This document shows positions 38,501 to 49,613 of a DNA stretch of 64,000 nucleotides, in pieces (the stretch's first letter is position 1; every line of letters begins with the position of its first letter). The stretch is from Macrostomum lignano (lineage: Eukaryota), in NCBI GenBank assembly GCA_002269645.1, contig NIVC01000983.1, positions 124,001 to 188,000 on the forward strand. Reading direction: 5' to 3'. Below the pieces are notes generated by a model. It was given only the letters and a program-made list of their open reading frames with translations. It made no database searches and was not told the origin of the DNA. The position numbers and the translations under genes were made by a program.

Positions 38501-40915
38501 GACGTTAATTTACTCCAATAAAAACTCACCTGAGACTGCCGAGGCTGCCCGCTAAGGTCGCACAAGGTCCCGTCAGTAAATGTCACCTCATAGTAGGGCA
38601 GCAGCTGACCCTCAACCAGCACAGTTTGCGGCTGTTGATTTTGCTTCTTCTGCTCCAGCTGATCAGGCTGTTGATCAGGCGGTCGATAATAGCCGAGGTA
38701 GAATCCTGTGACACTTGTCTCAGCGCCTTGGCCCTTGCTCTCGTGGTATTGCCTGGCGTGTCTGCCGTGGCACAATTCGTAATTCCAGTACACGTCAATT
38801 TTATAAGAGCAGGCCGTCTGGTCAAATAGCGGCTTCAGCAGCTCCAGCGGGGACTGCTGCGACTCAGTGGTCTCCTCTTCCTGCGGATTTCGAAGCGGAG
38901 GTCCAACCATTGTAATCTGATATACCGCTAAAATAAATTACAAATTTATCTCCAAAATCTCCCATTATTGAGACATCATATCTAAAATTTCTGAGCATCA
39001 AGAAATTATCTCCAAAATCTCAGATTATCGTTGGGACATGATCTTTAAAATCACCGATCATTGTTGGGACATCATCTCCAAATCACCGATCATTGTTGGG
39101 ACATAATCTTCAAATCACCGATCATTGTTGGGACATAATCTCCAAATCACCGACCATTGTTGGGACATCATCTCCAAAATCACCGACCATTGTTGGGACA
39201 TCATCTCCAAAATCACCGACCATTGTTGGGGCATCATCTCCAAAATCACCGACCATTGTTGGGGCATCATCTCCGAAAATCTCCATCATTAAGATGTAGT
39301 CTCCAAAATCATCCAATATTTTTGTTTTATTTTTCAACTTCGACACCTTTGAAATCTCATCTCAGCCATATCCAAAAAAGAAATCTTCTTGAAGTGTTAA
39401 CAAACAGAAAAGCTCGTGCATCGGCACCCACGCTACACACTGGAGAACCTTATATATTGAAGCCTTTTGCAAGCAAGCAATCAGTGCAAACTCTGCTTGG
39501 AGCGGAAGTAGCCAGCCAACTACTTGAGTTCAAAAATCGGCCCAAGGACAAGAGCACGAAAATCTGCATCTTAAAAAAACATATAAGTTCTTCCGCTGCT
39601 CCAAAAACTGGGTCATCCCCCGATTCGACCGTAAGTGCGAATTCGGCCAAGCGCAATGCCGGCACTTGGAAGTTATTTACTACTACAAAGCAAGAAGACA
39701 AGCAGAAAAAATATTTTAGAAGAAACCTAAGCAGCAGGAACATTCGAACTTGGTCTGGACTGCACACAACCAAAATGCAGCGCTGCGCAATGTGGCTCAT
39801 GCTGTCAGCCGGATGCATCAGTCTGACAGCCAGCCTGTACAGCTGTCTGGACAAAGACTGGCTAGTGTACACCGAACCCGACTTGCTAACAAAGGACGGT
39901 CGCCTAGCAACCAGTTGCGGCCTATTCGTATCCGCGTCGCCATTGGAATGCCACACAACGCCGAATAGATACGGCGAATATCTGTGGCAGAGGAAGAGCC
40001 GGTGGACGCCGGAGTTGCACCGGGTCTGCCTGACCTGCGGCCTAGCTGGTCCTGTTGTTACCAGCCTGTGCCTGCTGGTGCTGGCCAAGCACCTTCTAGC
40101 CAGCAACCTGCTGTGCCAGCTGTCTGGCAAAGCCCGGGCATTGATCTGTTCGGCAACTGCAACAACTGCGGCTGTGTGCGAGTGCGCCTGCGCGCTGCTC
40201 TGGTACTACATGCTTCACGGCATCGTGTCTGGCCACAATTTGCCGCACAAAGACGCGGCGGCTCTGGTTGGCTTTGAACTGGGCAGGGCCTATTTTGCTA
40301 GACTGGCAGCTGCGGCAGCGGCGATAATAACTGCCGGCCTCAGCTATTCGTTGTGCGCGTTTGCGGCTGGCAGATCCGGAGTCTAAATGACTTTATGGAC
40401 TCATTAACCTCTGTATTGAGTATTGAAGTACTCCTTGTAACACCAGCACAGAGAATTTGTTTTTTAGGGGAGTGAAGGCCACCGAAGGTCAAGGAGAAGT
40501 TGCCTAACGGGTACACACTTCTTGCAGTATTATCGCATCTTTTCTCACAATTTTGGCAATCTAGCTTGTAAAAAATATACACAGAATTTTCCCACAAAAA
40601 CTAATGCTTACGTGTTCATCCTTGCGAAGAACTTTAGTAGGCAACATGCACACGAATTGCTCATTGTTGTTTGTCTTCATTGTGATCTGATCATACATAT
40701 CTGGATTGGCGAAGCTCTAAAATAGAGAAGGTATATAACCAAAATTACAGTTAGTTAAATTATTATACACACAGACTAAATCACTTGCCATTTGTATGAC
40801 TGACCTTAGTATTCCCTGGCCAATTGACATTAAACAGATAGTCATCGGTGAAGAAGGCATCACTAACACTAACTGTTAGTACAACTGTCAAACAGAGTAT
40901 TGAAGTAAAATTCAT
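21674..40915 (-). CDS. ERLEC1: ER lectin ERLEC1/XTP3-B (two MRH domains); exons 40915-40805, 40716-40612, 38880-38530, 23052-22678, 22275-21674
   Basis: Exon 1 MNFTSILCLTVVLTVSVSDAFFTDDYLFNVNWPG (signal + FRVNWPG-like). Exon 2 ITMKTNNNEQFVCMLP. MRH1 SPLELLKPLF..CSYKIDVYWNYELCHGRHARQYHE..DGTLCDLSGQPR. MRH2 FFSGATCIVGGSTWWRHQVCF..DGDICDLTGKPRWTRLLLRC..EHQTCQY. All introns are GT-AG phase 0. The last exon needs +1 C in the C6 run (22174-22179), or alternatively uses an acceptor at 22162. About 514 aa. Confidence 0.9.
22350..22580. repeat. 20-bp minisatellite in ERLEC1 intron 4
   Basis: (TAGTACACTGACTGTTTTAT)n. Confidence 0.9.
23080..23466. repeat. 21-bp minisatellite, left half (interrupted by the Helitron array)
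   Basis: (TATTCTGAAATAGAAATCCCA)n; the same repeat resumes at 38110. Confidence 0.93.
23467..25585 (+). mobile_element. Helitron unit 1 (3'-truncated or interrupted): (ATC)n head and 17-bp satellite cargo
   Basis: (CAT)n 23467-23620 then TCACAATATACTAAA like the other unit heads. Shares GAACCGATTTT..AAACTTGC and TTAAATATTCGAAAAAC blocks. Satellite (CTGGGCTGAGTGCTAAT)n runs from 24925 (degenerate) to 25585. No terminal CTAG. Confidence 0.55.
25586..29381 (+). mobile_element. Helitron unit 2 with an internal duplicated 3' half
   Basis: Head TCCAATATACTAAAAATC at 25596. First hairpin CCCCAACGGGGG (28129-28140) is followed by ATAG rather than CTAG. Second hairpin 29356-29367 is followed by CTAG 29378-29381. 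Confidence 0.8.
26519..26576 (+). other. tRNA-like Pol III promoter cassette inside Helitron unit 2 (homologues at 30311-30368, 33942-34005, 36466-36525)
   Basis: A-box TAGCCTAGAGG, anticodon-arm-like CTGAA-CTGCTAA-TGCAG, B-box GGTTCGAAT, then a T-run ~15-25 nt downstream. No convincing acceptor stem, so it is not called a functional tRNA. Confidence 0.6.
29382..33390 (+). mobile_element. Helitron unit 3 (sister of unit 2)
   Basis: First ~1.1 kb closely matches 25596-26800. G-rich degenerate satellites GGGGAATTGCTGAGATGTCAAGGCTT and GGGATTCTTTGGAT. Hairpin 33365-33376, CTAG 33387-33390. Confidence 0.85.
33391..35990 (+). mobile_element. Helitron unit 4 with 24-bp satellite cargo
   Basis: Head TCCTAATACTAAAAATG then (GT)n. 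Satellite (AAACCAAGGATTACTGCACTTGAT)n at 34090-35255. Hairpin 35964-35976, CTAG 35987-35990. Confidence 0.85.
35991..38109 (+). mobile_element. Helitron unit 5 with 23-bp satellite cargo
   Basis: Head TCCTATATACTAAAAATG. Satellite (AAAGAGCCACCATGTCAAACATT)n at ~36600-37860 interleaved with GGGGATGCTTGCTATCT repeats. Hairpin 38081-38097, CTAG 38106-38109. Confidence 0.85.
38110..38400. repeat. 21-bp minisatellite, right half
   Basis: Continuation of the 23080-23466 repeat. Confidence 0.9.
38960..39310. repeat. 33-bp minisatellite in ERLEC1 intron 2
   Basis: (CATCATCTCCAAAATCACCGACCATTGTTGGGA)n. Confidence 0.88.
39775..40386 (+). CDS. Claudin/PMP22-superfamily-like four-TM protein, intronless, nested antisense in ERLEC1 intron 2
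   Basis: 203 aa from ATG 39775. TM1 is followed by DWLVY..CGLF..C (W-GLW-C-like first loop), then two further hydrophobic helices, then FELGRAYF before TM4 (claudin-like Y/F-x-x-G-x-S/A-Y). The frame is open ~200 codons further upstream without an ATG. Confidence 0.6.
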   Translation: MQRCAMWLMLSAGCISLTASLYSCLDKDWLVYTEPDLLTKDGRLATSCGLFVSASPLECHTTPNRYGEYLWQRKSRWTPELHRVCLTCGLAGPVVTSLCLLVLAKHLLASNLLCQLSGKARALICSATATTAAVCECACALLWYYMLHGIVSGHNLPHKDAAALVGFELGRAYFARLAAAAAAIITAGLSYSLCAFAAGRSGV

Positions 40916-41229
40916 TGCTCTGAAGAATTAAGTAAGGTATAATAGAGAAAAAAATTGAAATAGCACACTAAAAATGGTCTTAGTACATAAAAATAGGTTT
41001 TAGATAGCCTAGAAAAATGACTTAGTAATGTTAAACTTCATACATGCGCAACTGCTGGCCGACCTGGCCGATCTGGCCACCGTAAATCGTGGCTGACCAG
41101 GGGTAAGTCGCAAAATTGAGTCAACCAAAAACAGAAAAACACAAGAACCAAGAAAGTCAAGAGGAAAGCGAAAGAAAGAGCAGTTCAGGGAAAATGGTGA
41201 AGCAAAAGAAAAACAATTCGCAAAAGAAG

Positions 41230-41580
41230 CAAACTAAGTTATAAAAATAATCAGGTAAGTCGCAAAAAGGATCAGGTAAGTCGCAAAAGAAGCAAACTAA
41301 GTCGCAAAAAGGATCAGGTAAGTCGCAACAGGAATCAGGTAAGTCGCAAAAGAAGCAAACTAAGTCGCAAAAAGAATCAGGTAAGTCGCAAAAGGATCAG
41401 CTAAGTCGCAAAAGGATTAGGTAAGTCGCAAAAAGGATTAGGTAAGTCGCAAAGGATTAGGTAAGTTGCAAAAAGGATTAAGTAAGTTGCAAAAAGGATT
41501 AGGTAAGTTGCAAAAAGGATTAGGTAAGTTGCAAAAAGGATTAGGTAAGTCGCAAAAAGAAGCAACTAAGTCGCAATAAG
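41230..41580. repeat. Tandem amplification of the element's subterminal motif GTAAGTCGCAAAA
   Basis: (AGGTAAGTCGCAAAAAGGATT)-like units; the same motif occurs near both ends of all family copies. Confidence 0.8.
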
Positions 41581-41734
41581 AGGGAAGTAAGTCACAATCA
41601 GAGGCAATCAGGGGGTAGTAGGTGCAAGTGTGGCAGGAGAGCAAAAACAGAATAGAAGCCTTCAACCACAGACAAGATCTTTGAAATCAGAAGCCCGCGT
41701 CAACAGTTTCCCATTGATTTCTTAAACTCTGGAG

Positions 41735-41925
41735 CAGGGGTTGGCAAACTCCGGCTCGCGAAGCCCCTCTATCTGGCCCTCGCCCCTCGGGTTCTTTGAA
41801 ACTTCCTAACCAGCAAGGTTGGTGTCTCTTCAACTCTCATCTCTCTCTTCTTCTCTACCTTGCCTCCCCTCTTCTCTCTCTCCCCCCTTTTCCCTCTTCT
41901 CTCTCCTCTCATTTTTACTCTCCTC
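41735..41925 (-). mobile_element. Fragment of Charlie-like hAT MITE (same family as 50915-51256), interrupted by the RTE
   Basis: Starts CAGGGGTTGGCAAACT and is the reverse complement of the right end of the 50915 element (GGGCCAGATAGAG, TTTCAAAG..CCCGAGGG). Other end not found. Confidence 0.7.
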
Positions 41926-43534
41926 CTTTACTCGCATCATTTCTGTACCGGCCATGTGACCGCAATCGATGTTTGTCAGCTCGCCAAGAAGATCCCAGGC
42001 GGCAAGGCAACGGGTCCCGACGAAGTTCCCAACGAGGTGCTCAGACTGCCCAAGGTCGCCCAGGAGATCGCCAGGGTGATCAACAACGTTCTCGATACTG
42101 GCGTCGCACCTCCGGAGTGGACCCGAGCACATATCGTCGGAATCCCCAAGAAGCCGGGCACCAACAAGATTGAAGAACATCGGGGCATCTCCCTGATGTC
42201 CTGTGCCGCCAAGCTGCACAACAAGCTGCTACTGTCGCGCTTGCAGCCAGTGCTGGACCCTTACCTGCGGTACGAGCAGAATGGGTTCCGGCCACGACGT
42301 GGTACAGTCACGCAAATTCTGGCGCTCCGGAGAATTATCGAGGAATCGCGCATTCGCCAGTCGGACCTTTTCTGTCTGTTCATCGACTTCCTGAAGGCTT
42401 TCGACTCGGTGGCTCGAGGCGTGATTCCACTAGTTCTCCGAGCCTACAACGTGCCAGAGAAACTGATTGCAGCAGTGATGGCGCTCTACCACGACACGCA
42501 CGCTGCTGTGATCACACCTGACGGCCTTTCCGACTTCTTCACCACCTCATCCGGAGTCCTGCAAGGAGACACCCTCGCTCCCTTCCTGTTCATCCTCATC
42601 TTGGACTGGGTGCTGCGGACAGGACTACCGGACAACTCGGACGGCTACATCCTATGCAGGCGAACGAGCAGCCGGCACCCGGAGAAGCGGCTGGCAGTCC
42701 TCGGATATGCTGATGACCTCGCCCTGCTGGCATCCACTGCTGCTGGTGCTCAACGCCTCCTCGACGGCCTAGCTGCTGCCGCTGCGAAGGTTGGCCTTAA
42801 GATCAACGCCAAGAAGACGGAGGTCCTGACTGTGCCAGCCGATCTGCCAGCGGTCATCCGCCTTCCCAGCATGGACAGCGCAACGGCAGCACCGCTCCCC
42901 GATGTGAGCAGTTCCGGTACCTTGGTGGTCTCGTGCCCAGCGTCCAGGAGGACCTGCGGCGTCGCAGAGGGCTTGCGTGGGCGGCTTTCCGCTCAGTGCG
43001 CATCGTGCTCCAAAGCGACGCCCTGCCAGACCAGCTGAGAACCAGACTGTTCCAGGCGGTGGTGGAAACGGTGCTCTTCTACAACGCCGAGACCTGGACC
43101 ATGACGGATGTGCTGGAGCGCCAGCTGGACGCGGCGCACTCCAGCCTGCTGCGCGCTGCCTTCAGCGTGCACCGTCACGCCGAACACGTCACCAACCAGG
43201 CTCTCTACCAGCGGGCCAAGCTGAGCCCTCCCAGCGTGACCCTGCGACAGCGCCGCCTGAAGCTGGCGGGCCACGTCATTCGCGCCGAGTCCTACTGCCC
43301 GGAGCCGCTGCAGGAGGTCTTGCTGTACACGCAGCAGGGCCCGTTCCGGCGGGGGCAGGCGCGGACCCGGAGGTTCGTCGACTGTCTGACAGAAGACGCC
43401 AGGGCGCCTGATCAGATCAATGGCGCTACCTTCATCAGAGACTGCGCAGCTAAGCGTGCTTTTTGACAATGTCCCCCCCTTTCCTGACCACTTGTGGCCG
43501 GTGGCCATTGTATTTATTGTATTGTATTGTATTG
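41926..43534 (+). mobile_element. 5'-truncated RTE-clade non-LTR retrotransposon (RT domain)
   Basis: GKATGPD, RGISLMSCAAKL, QNGFRPRR, FIDFLKAFDSV, GVLQGDTLAP, GYADD, FRYLG, RLKLAGHVIR. Short 3' UTR and (TATTG)n tail. TSD TACTCTCCTC at 41916-41925 and 43535-43544. One C is missing in the run at 42897-42900; the ORF ends at 43466. Confidence 0.93.
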
Positions 43535-44818
43535 TACTCTCCTCTCTTCTCCCCCTTTCTCTCTACCCTTTCTCCTCAATGCCCTCTTCTATCCTCTTAT
43601 CTTCAGCAAAAATATGTGCATATTTTCTTACTTCAAAGTAGAGGGAATAGAAGATTAGAGATAAGCAAACAGAGGAGAGGCGAGCGATGCGATGGGAGAA
43701 AAGATAGAAGAGGAGAGAAAAGCTGAGGGAGGAAAAAGAGATGAGAGAGAAGAGGAGATTAGAGGAAAGAGGAAAGAAAAGATGATGGATGAGATCAGAA
43801 GAGAGGAAAGAGGAAAGAGGAGAGAGTAGATGAGAGAAGAGAGGATAAAGAGGAGATGAGAGGAGAGTGAAGAGAGGAGAGATGAGAGAGTAGAAAAGAG
43901 AGGAGAGATAAGATGAGAGAGTAGAGTGGAGAGAGACGAGAGGGAAGATAAGATGAGAGAGTAGAGTGGAATGGAGAGACGAGAGGAGAGAGGAGAGGAA
44001 AGAGAAAAGGGATAAGGGATGAGAGAGAAAAGAAAAAGAGGATGAGAAGATTGAGGAATGGAGAGAATTTGCAAAGGCCTCAAATCTTAGTTTAACATGC
44101 ATTACTCCCATCTTTGCCTTTTTCCTAACTGTTAACAAGTTTTTGTTTGAGCATGACTTCAAATTTAGAATCTATGCAAAAATAGTTCCGGGAATTAGAA
44201 TTCAGTGGTTTAAAAATCTGTGGGTTTTCACAGCTTGTATCTCTACAGGATTCGTATTCTGCATCTGATGAGCCATCTGAATCAGGGCTCTCATCTTCCA
44301 TGCCAAATCGTCTAGCAAATCGTTCTTGAGCTATAGGTCACACTGTATTCACTTCACTTACTTCTGGACATTCATGAATCATGACTTTTGTAGTATGCTC
44401 ACTACACTGTACTGACAATTTACTAATTGCTTCATGCCGCCACTAGATGACACTGATTAGCTGTTATAAAAACGCGGAATCTGCACGCAGCACTAATTAG
44501 CTGGCGAGGCAGTTAGCTTTAAAAATATGGTCATAGTTACTCCTGCCGTTTACCCAAAGTTTTTGCTTGGCTCTTTCATAGGTAAGTCGCATTTTTTATC
44601 GAAAACTAAGTCGCACGGCCAGCGTAATTTCAGAAGTTGCGCATGTATGTTAAACTTGGATACCAAAATTGACAGTGCGAAGTCATATGTAGTTCTTTTA
44701 GACAGTTGTAGAGATGGTATATAGTGATTTTATCTTTTGCCTTTTTGTCTAGACTGCTAGACAAAACATTTTTTCTAGCAGACAAATAGGATACAGGTTC
44801 CAATTCCATGGTCTTGGG

Positions 44819-45112
44819 CATACATGCGCAACCTCCGAAATTCGGTCGGCCATGCGACTTAGTTTTAACAAAAATGCGACGTAGTTTTTGGTCAAAAATG
44901 CGACTTACGTGAAAAACCCTAAAGAAAATTAATGCAACTTTGGGTAAACAGCAGGAGTAACTATGACTGTCTTATTAGGCCAAAATGCCTCGTCAGCTAC
45001 TTAGTACTACTACTTGGTAATTTTTTTGGGATGGCATTTTTGCGACTTCCTTGGTTGGCCGCCAAATTGGTTGGCCGAATCGGCCGACTCGGCCGACTGT
45101 TGCGCATGTATG
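44819..45112 (+). mobile_element. hAT-type MITE copy B (294 bp) with 28S rRNA fragment
   Basis: 14-bp TIRs CATACATGCGCAAC; perfect TSD GTCTTGGG; 28S-like segment at 44942-45005. Confidence 0.92.
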
Positions 45113-46898
45113 GTCTTGGGCCTACAAGATAGACTTGAATAAAAAAATATATTTACTTGCTTGAATAAAAGCTATTAAGTGGCATATAATATATTTGCAA
45201 TAGTTTTATACTCAATTACAAAACAATTAATGTTATATGCAATGCAAAGCATTACACTTAAATGTCTATAGTGTCCTTTTTCATAATCAATTTTTTTGCA
45301 AAAATTAACTGAATTTGTTAGCAAGACCTGGAAATATCTATGGATAAAATGGGTAAAATTGTTGATCAGATCTAACTATATTTTAAATTTTCTAGTATAA
45401 CTCCTAAATATAATCAAATAGGAAAGGAAGTTTAAATGACAATTTTTTAATTGAAAAACTATCTTTAGTTTGACATAGCCTATGAAACATAAAAATTGGT
45501 TAAAGTACTAAAGAGCTAAAGCAAATATTCCAAGAACTTTGGGTATACCCTTGTAGTAAATATGGGCCTAGGTTTTATTAGAAAGTATAAATGATTATGG
45601 CTATTTAAGCATATATATATTTGATAAGATAAGTTAATAACTAAGTTTATTGACTTTTAATGGATATATTATATAAACTTTTGATTAAATAAATAAGATG
45701 ATATAATATTTTAAAACCTTGCCATTAGGTCATATACCAAAAAAATTAGCTAATTCCTTTCATATGCAATTTTATAATAAATAGGCCCCTATTTGAAAAA
45801 AAACTTATTTATTATACTATTAGCCTTTTTACTTGAAAATAAATATAAGCTAAGAATAGAATAAGCCAAGATAAATTGGACAAGGTTATGTAAATTATAT
45901 ATTGTAGTTCAACCAAGAATTTTTACTAAATTGACTAAAGTTAAATGAATGAATTGTTAAGTAGGCCTGAACTTAAGTTTTTTTACTCAACTTTAGTAAG
46001 CTTTTAGACAAATAATCTTTATTGGAGGACATTGAAAGGCCTGGTTGTTTGAATACTTAAAAATAAATGAAATAGTGTGAAGTGTAAACTATAGTATAAA
46101 GTTAAGTGACATATAAAGCTAAAATAATAGTCTTCAAATTTTAGAGTCTTTAAGTTTACATGGTTTTTACTAAGTTTAAAGTTTATTATTATAAGATATA
46201 TTATTATTTATTTGTTTTATTAATATAATATAATATATTATAATAACTATTAATAATATTATATTAGTTTTTCATTTAGACCTAGGCTAGGGCCTACAGC
46301 CTAGCTGGCTTATCCCCCGTCCATGGTGTATGGGGGATAAAACATTATAAAACAATATAGTAAAAATATTTTTTAATTAGGTTTGCCAATGCCAATGCGT
46401 GGATTTAAGGGCCCCAGTCCTGGCCAATTGCCGGCTGCCATGTATGCAATTACAACACTAGGTGGACGGCTGCATACATGCAAATAAAGCACTAGGTAGA
46501 TAGCCGCCGTGCATGCAATTCTGAGCTTACATGAACGGCAGCCGTGCAGGCAAGCTCTTTATAAATTTAAATAGTTGCTTTGCCAAGCATTTTCATTTTC
46601 TATGCCTTCACACTTTCACATCTTTGTTGTTGGTGCTAAAAGTCATGCCTTTGGTATCTAGCAGCCTAGCATCTAGCTATGCCTTTTAAATCAGATCAAA
46701 AATATATATGCATTTAAATATTAGTAAAAGTCAAATAGGCCTATGGGTTGCATTGGATTTGGAAGAAGATACTTGTACATGTATCTTACAAAAAACGCCA
46801 CACTTAGAGACACGGCGGCCGTGTCTATAATGCAGAAACTTATAGGCACAGCGGCCGTGTCTATAAGTATGGAGCTTATAGGCTCGGCGGCCGTGTAC

Positions 46899-47514
46899 CA
46901 TAGTCAGGAAGGTGTCCGTACGCCGGAATTTTCCGGCGTACATCAGCCCCCCCCCCCAAAAAATGGCGTACAGTTTCGCGTACACGCGGTCCGAAAAATG
47001 GCGTACAGAGTTCTTGGCGTACACAACACAGTTTTCGCATGCAAAAATCTGTCCAAAAATCGGCCTACAATATTTGCATGTGATTGGCGTACGAACAAAC
47101 GTTTAAAAAACCTGCAAACAACCCAATTACTTCGACAAAGTATTGTATATCGTTCAATTTTAGTGAATTGGTAAATCTATTTTCATCTTTAAAACGCTGA
47201 AATTACGTAAATTTTAAATCTGATTTATTGTTAACAAAACTTTACTAAAGTTTTGTGTAAGTCAGTTATTTATTTTAACTTATTAACTAATTCTGTACAA
47301 TAATTACTTTAGTATTTTAGATTTCTTCACGTTACAACAGATGACATACAGGTAAGTTAAGATTTAAGTTGCAAATTTTGGCGTACGCTTTTTTGGGCTA
47401 TTCAAATTTTGGCGTACGTCAAAAAGCGCTTTTTTAGGGCTTTTCAATTTTGGCGTACACAACATTTTTTCTTAATTTTCATTCCGGCGTACACTGGACA
47501 CCTTCCTGACTATG
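46899..47514. mobile_element. 616-bp non-autonomous TIR DNA transposon with 10-bp TSD
   Basis: 19-bp perfect TIR CATAGTCAGGAAGGTGTCC extending to GTACGCCGGAAT. TSD GGCCGTGTAC at 46889-46898 and 47515-47524. Repeated subterminal TTGGCGTAC motifs. Confidence 0.85.
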
Positions 47515-48661
47515 GGCCGTGTACCCCGTACAAAAAATAGTGGTTTCTTGTAAAGAAGAAAAAGTACACGAAATTAAACGTGTAAGGTTGAAAGTGTTAA
47601 AACAAAAAATCTTGTAGTTTTTCGGGTTGCCAAATCTTTGTATTTTGCAAAGAATTGTCGATTTTTAGATCTAGATATTTTCATAAAGTTTTTTAGTTGC
47701 TTTTCCAAAACCTTTCAAACTGAACAGCATTGGGTGAACTGAAACTTTCTGTTTGAAAGGATTATTGTCTGCCCCGGCCGGCAGGGCCGCCCGCGCGGCT
47801 TACAGTTAGTTATAGTTACAACCTAGATTTGATGGCGCATGACTAAGACCGCCACAGCTATTACTGGCTACTGGTATTGAGGGGGAGCTACCAATCTTTT
47901 AGCATTGCTATTCCTCTCATAGCATAGGTTCTTTTCTCGCAGCCTTGTCCTACTGGCTTTCCTAGGCCCTACCCACTTATCTCTTCTTTAGCACCATCCA
48001 ATAACACATTGAGCCAAATTCCTCCCTAGCTCCTCAAGTGTGGCAGTGTTGGTGTGTGGCGGTCTTGGTCCTACACTGATTTGATTATGATGATGAGGGC
48101 AGTATCAAGTGCTTGCTACTCAATGTGGTGCTAATCAGTGAGGATTTTTATGCTAGAGGCATATTCATCAATTTTTAGCAAGGTTGCTTGTTTTATGTAA
48201 TTATTTTTTATTAAATACATGTAAGGAAGACCTCCTATTATTAAAGCATTTTTAAAGCTAGGGAGCCTAATTGCTAGTGGCTGGGTTGGGTAGGCCTATA
48301 GATTCATCCATGACCATGTTTCCTATATTATAGAAATAAGCTTCTTATAGACTATTAGACTGTAGCTTTAGGTCTAAACATTTGTATATTTTTTATTTAT
48401 AATTATATATTGGCTTGGCCATAGGGCAAATTGCATCATATAGCCATAGGCCCCTAGTTCCTAGTATAGGTAGGCACAAAGGCATAAAGCATCTAGGCTA
48501 GCTAGGCTAAGCCTAGACATTTTAGCTAGGTTTTTTTTAAGGTTGGAAATCCAGTTGCCAATGGCTATTTTCGGTTGCCCATTGGCAACTAGGCTTAGCC
48601 AAATTCTTGAGGATGAATATTTCCAAGACACTAAATTTTGAGTAATATGTACATGTTATAC

Positions 48662-48941
48662 CATATATGTGCAACCCCCCTGATTTACACTGGCCATGCA
48701 ACTTACTTTTTGACCATGTGACTTACCTGTGAAAGAAACCCTAGAGCAACATTAACGCAATTTTGGGTGAATGGCGGGAGTAACTATGACTCTCTTTCCT
48801 CTTATGAGGGCTGAATGCCTTGTCATCTAATTAGTACTACGTCTGTATTCCTTGGGGTGGGCATTTTTGCGACTTACCCCTGGTCCACTACAATTTACAG
48901 TGGCCAGATCGGCCAGGTTGGCCAGCAGTTGCGTATGTATA
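48662..48941 (+). mobile_element. hAT-type MITE copy C with 28S rRNA fragment
   Basis: Degenerate TIRs CATATATGTGCAAC / GTTGCGTATGTATA; TSD TGTTATAC/TCTTATAC; 28S-like segment at 48765-48835. Confidence 0.88.
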
Positions 48942-49613
48942 TCTTATACTAACAATAACAGTAACAAACTAGGGCCTAACAATTCTATCATAGGCCTATA
49001 ATATCAATTCATATGGCACTTTTATTATACTTACAAAAACAATTTTTGAAATTGGCAACTAGTATGGATAAAATGAAGTTGCTAGATTGGCCTCTGATGC
49101 CATAAATCCTATTGCCAATGTCTTTTTTAGGTAGCCAGTGGCTACCATATGGCCTAAAAAAACCTAGCATTTTAGTAGATGGCATCCATTACAAATCAGC
49201 TTGGTGTTGGTGGCAATGTAATGGTATGGAAAGTCCTATATATTTTAGCTATAGTTGTATAGATAAGATAACAATGTCTCATATTTGAAAATATTTATTT
49301 GCTTAGTTTTTATTTAGCCTTAGGCCCCCTAGTTTTATTTGCCACTTATATATAAGTAAGTTCAGCTAAACTAGAGCTATGCCTAGGCCTATACTATAAC
49401 CTAGGCCTATTTGTCTCTATTGTACATAGGCTTAGGCAAGGCTATAAAGCTCTTTTTTAAATGCTAAGCCTACAAAGCTATCATTAGGGCCAATCAATCA
49501 ATTTAGCATAGGCTAGGCCTACAAAGCTACTTTGAAGCTTTAAGTTTTCTTAGACCTAGTCACCTAGGTTAGGCCTATTTATATAAAGTGTTTTTAAAAA
49601 TGTAAACTAGGCC

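Larger units (their letters stand above)
41039..44649 (-). mobile_element. hAT-type element copy A (28S-fragment family) expanded to 3.6 kb by nested insertions
   Basis: TIRs CATACATGCGCAAC (41039) and GTTGCGCATGTATG (44649). 8-bp TSD TTAAACTT at 41031-41038 and 44650-44657. 28S-like segment at 44491-44555 (minus strand). Confidence 0.88.

Noticed and set aside
38881-38927. Upstream acceptors (38927, 38916) for ERLEC1 exon 3
   Set aside because: 38927 has the wrong phase for the exon 2 donor. The acceptor at 38880 gives a linker closest to known ERLEC1 length; 38916 remains a possible alternative.
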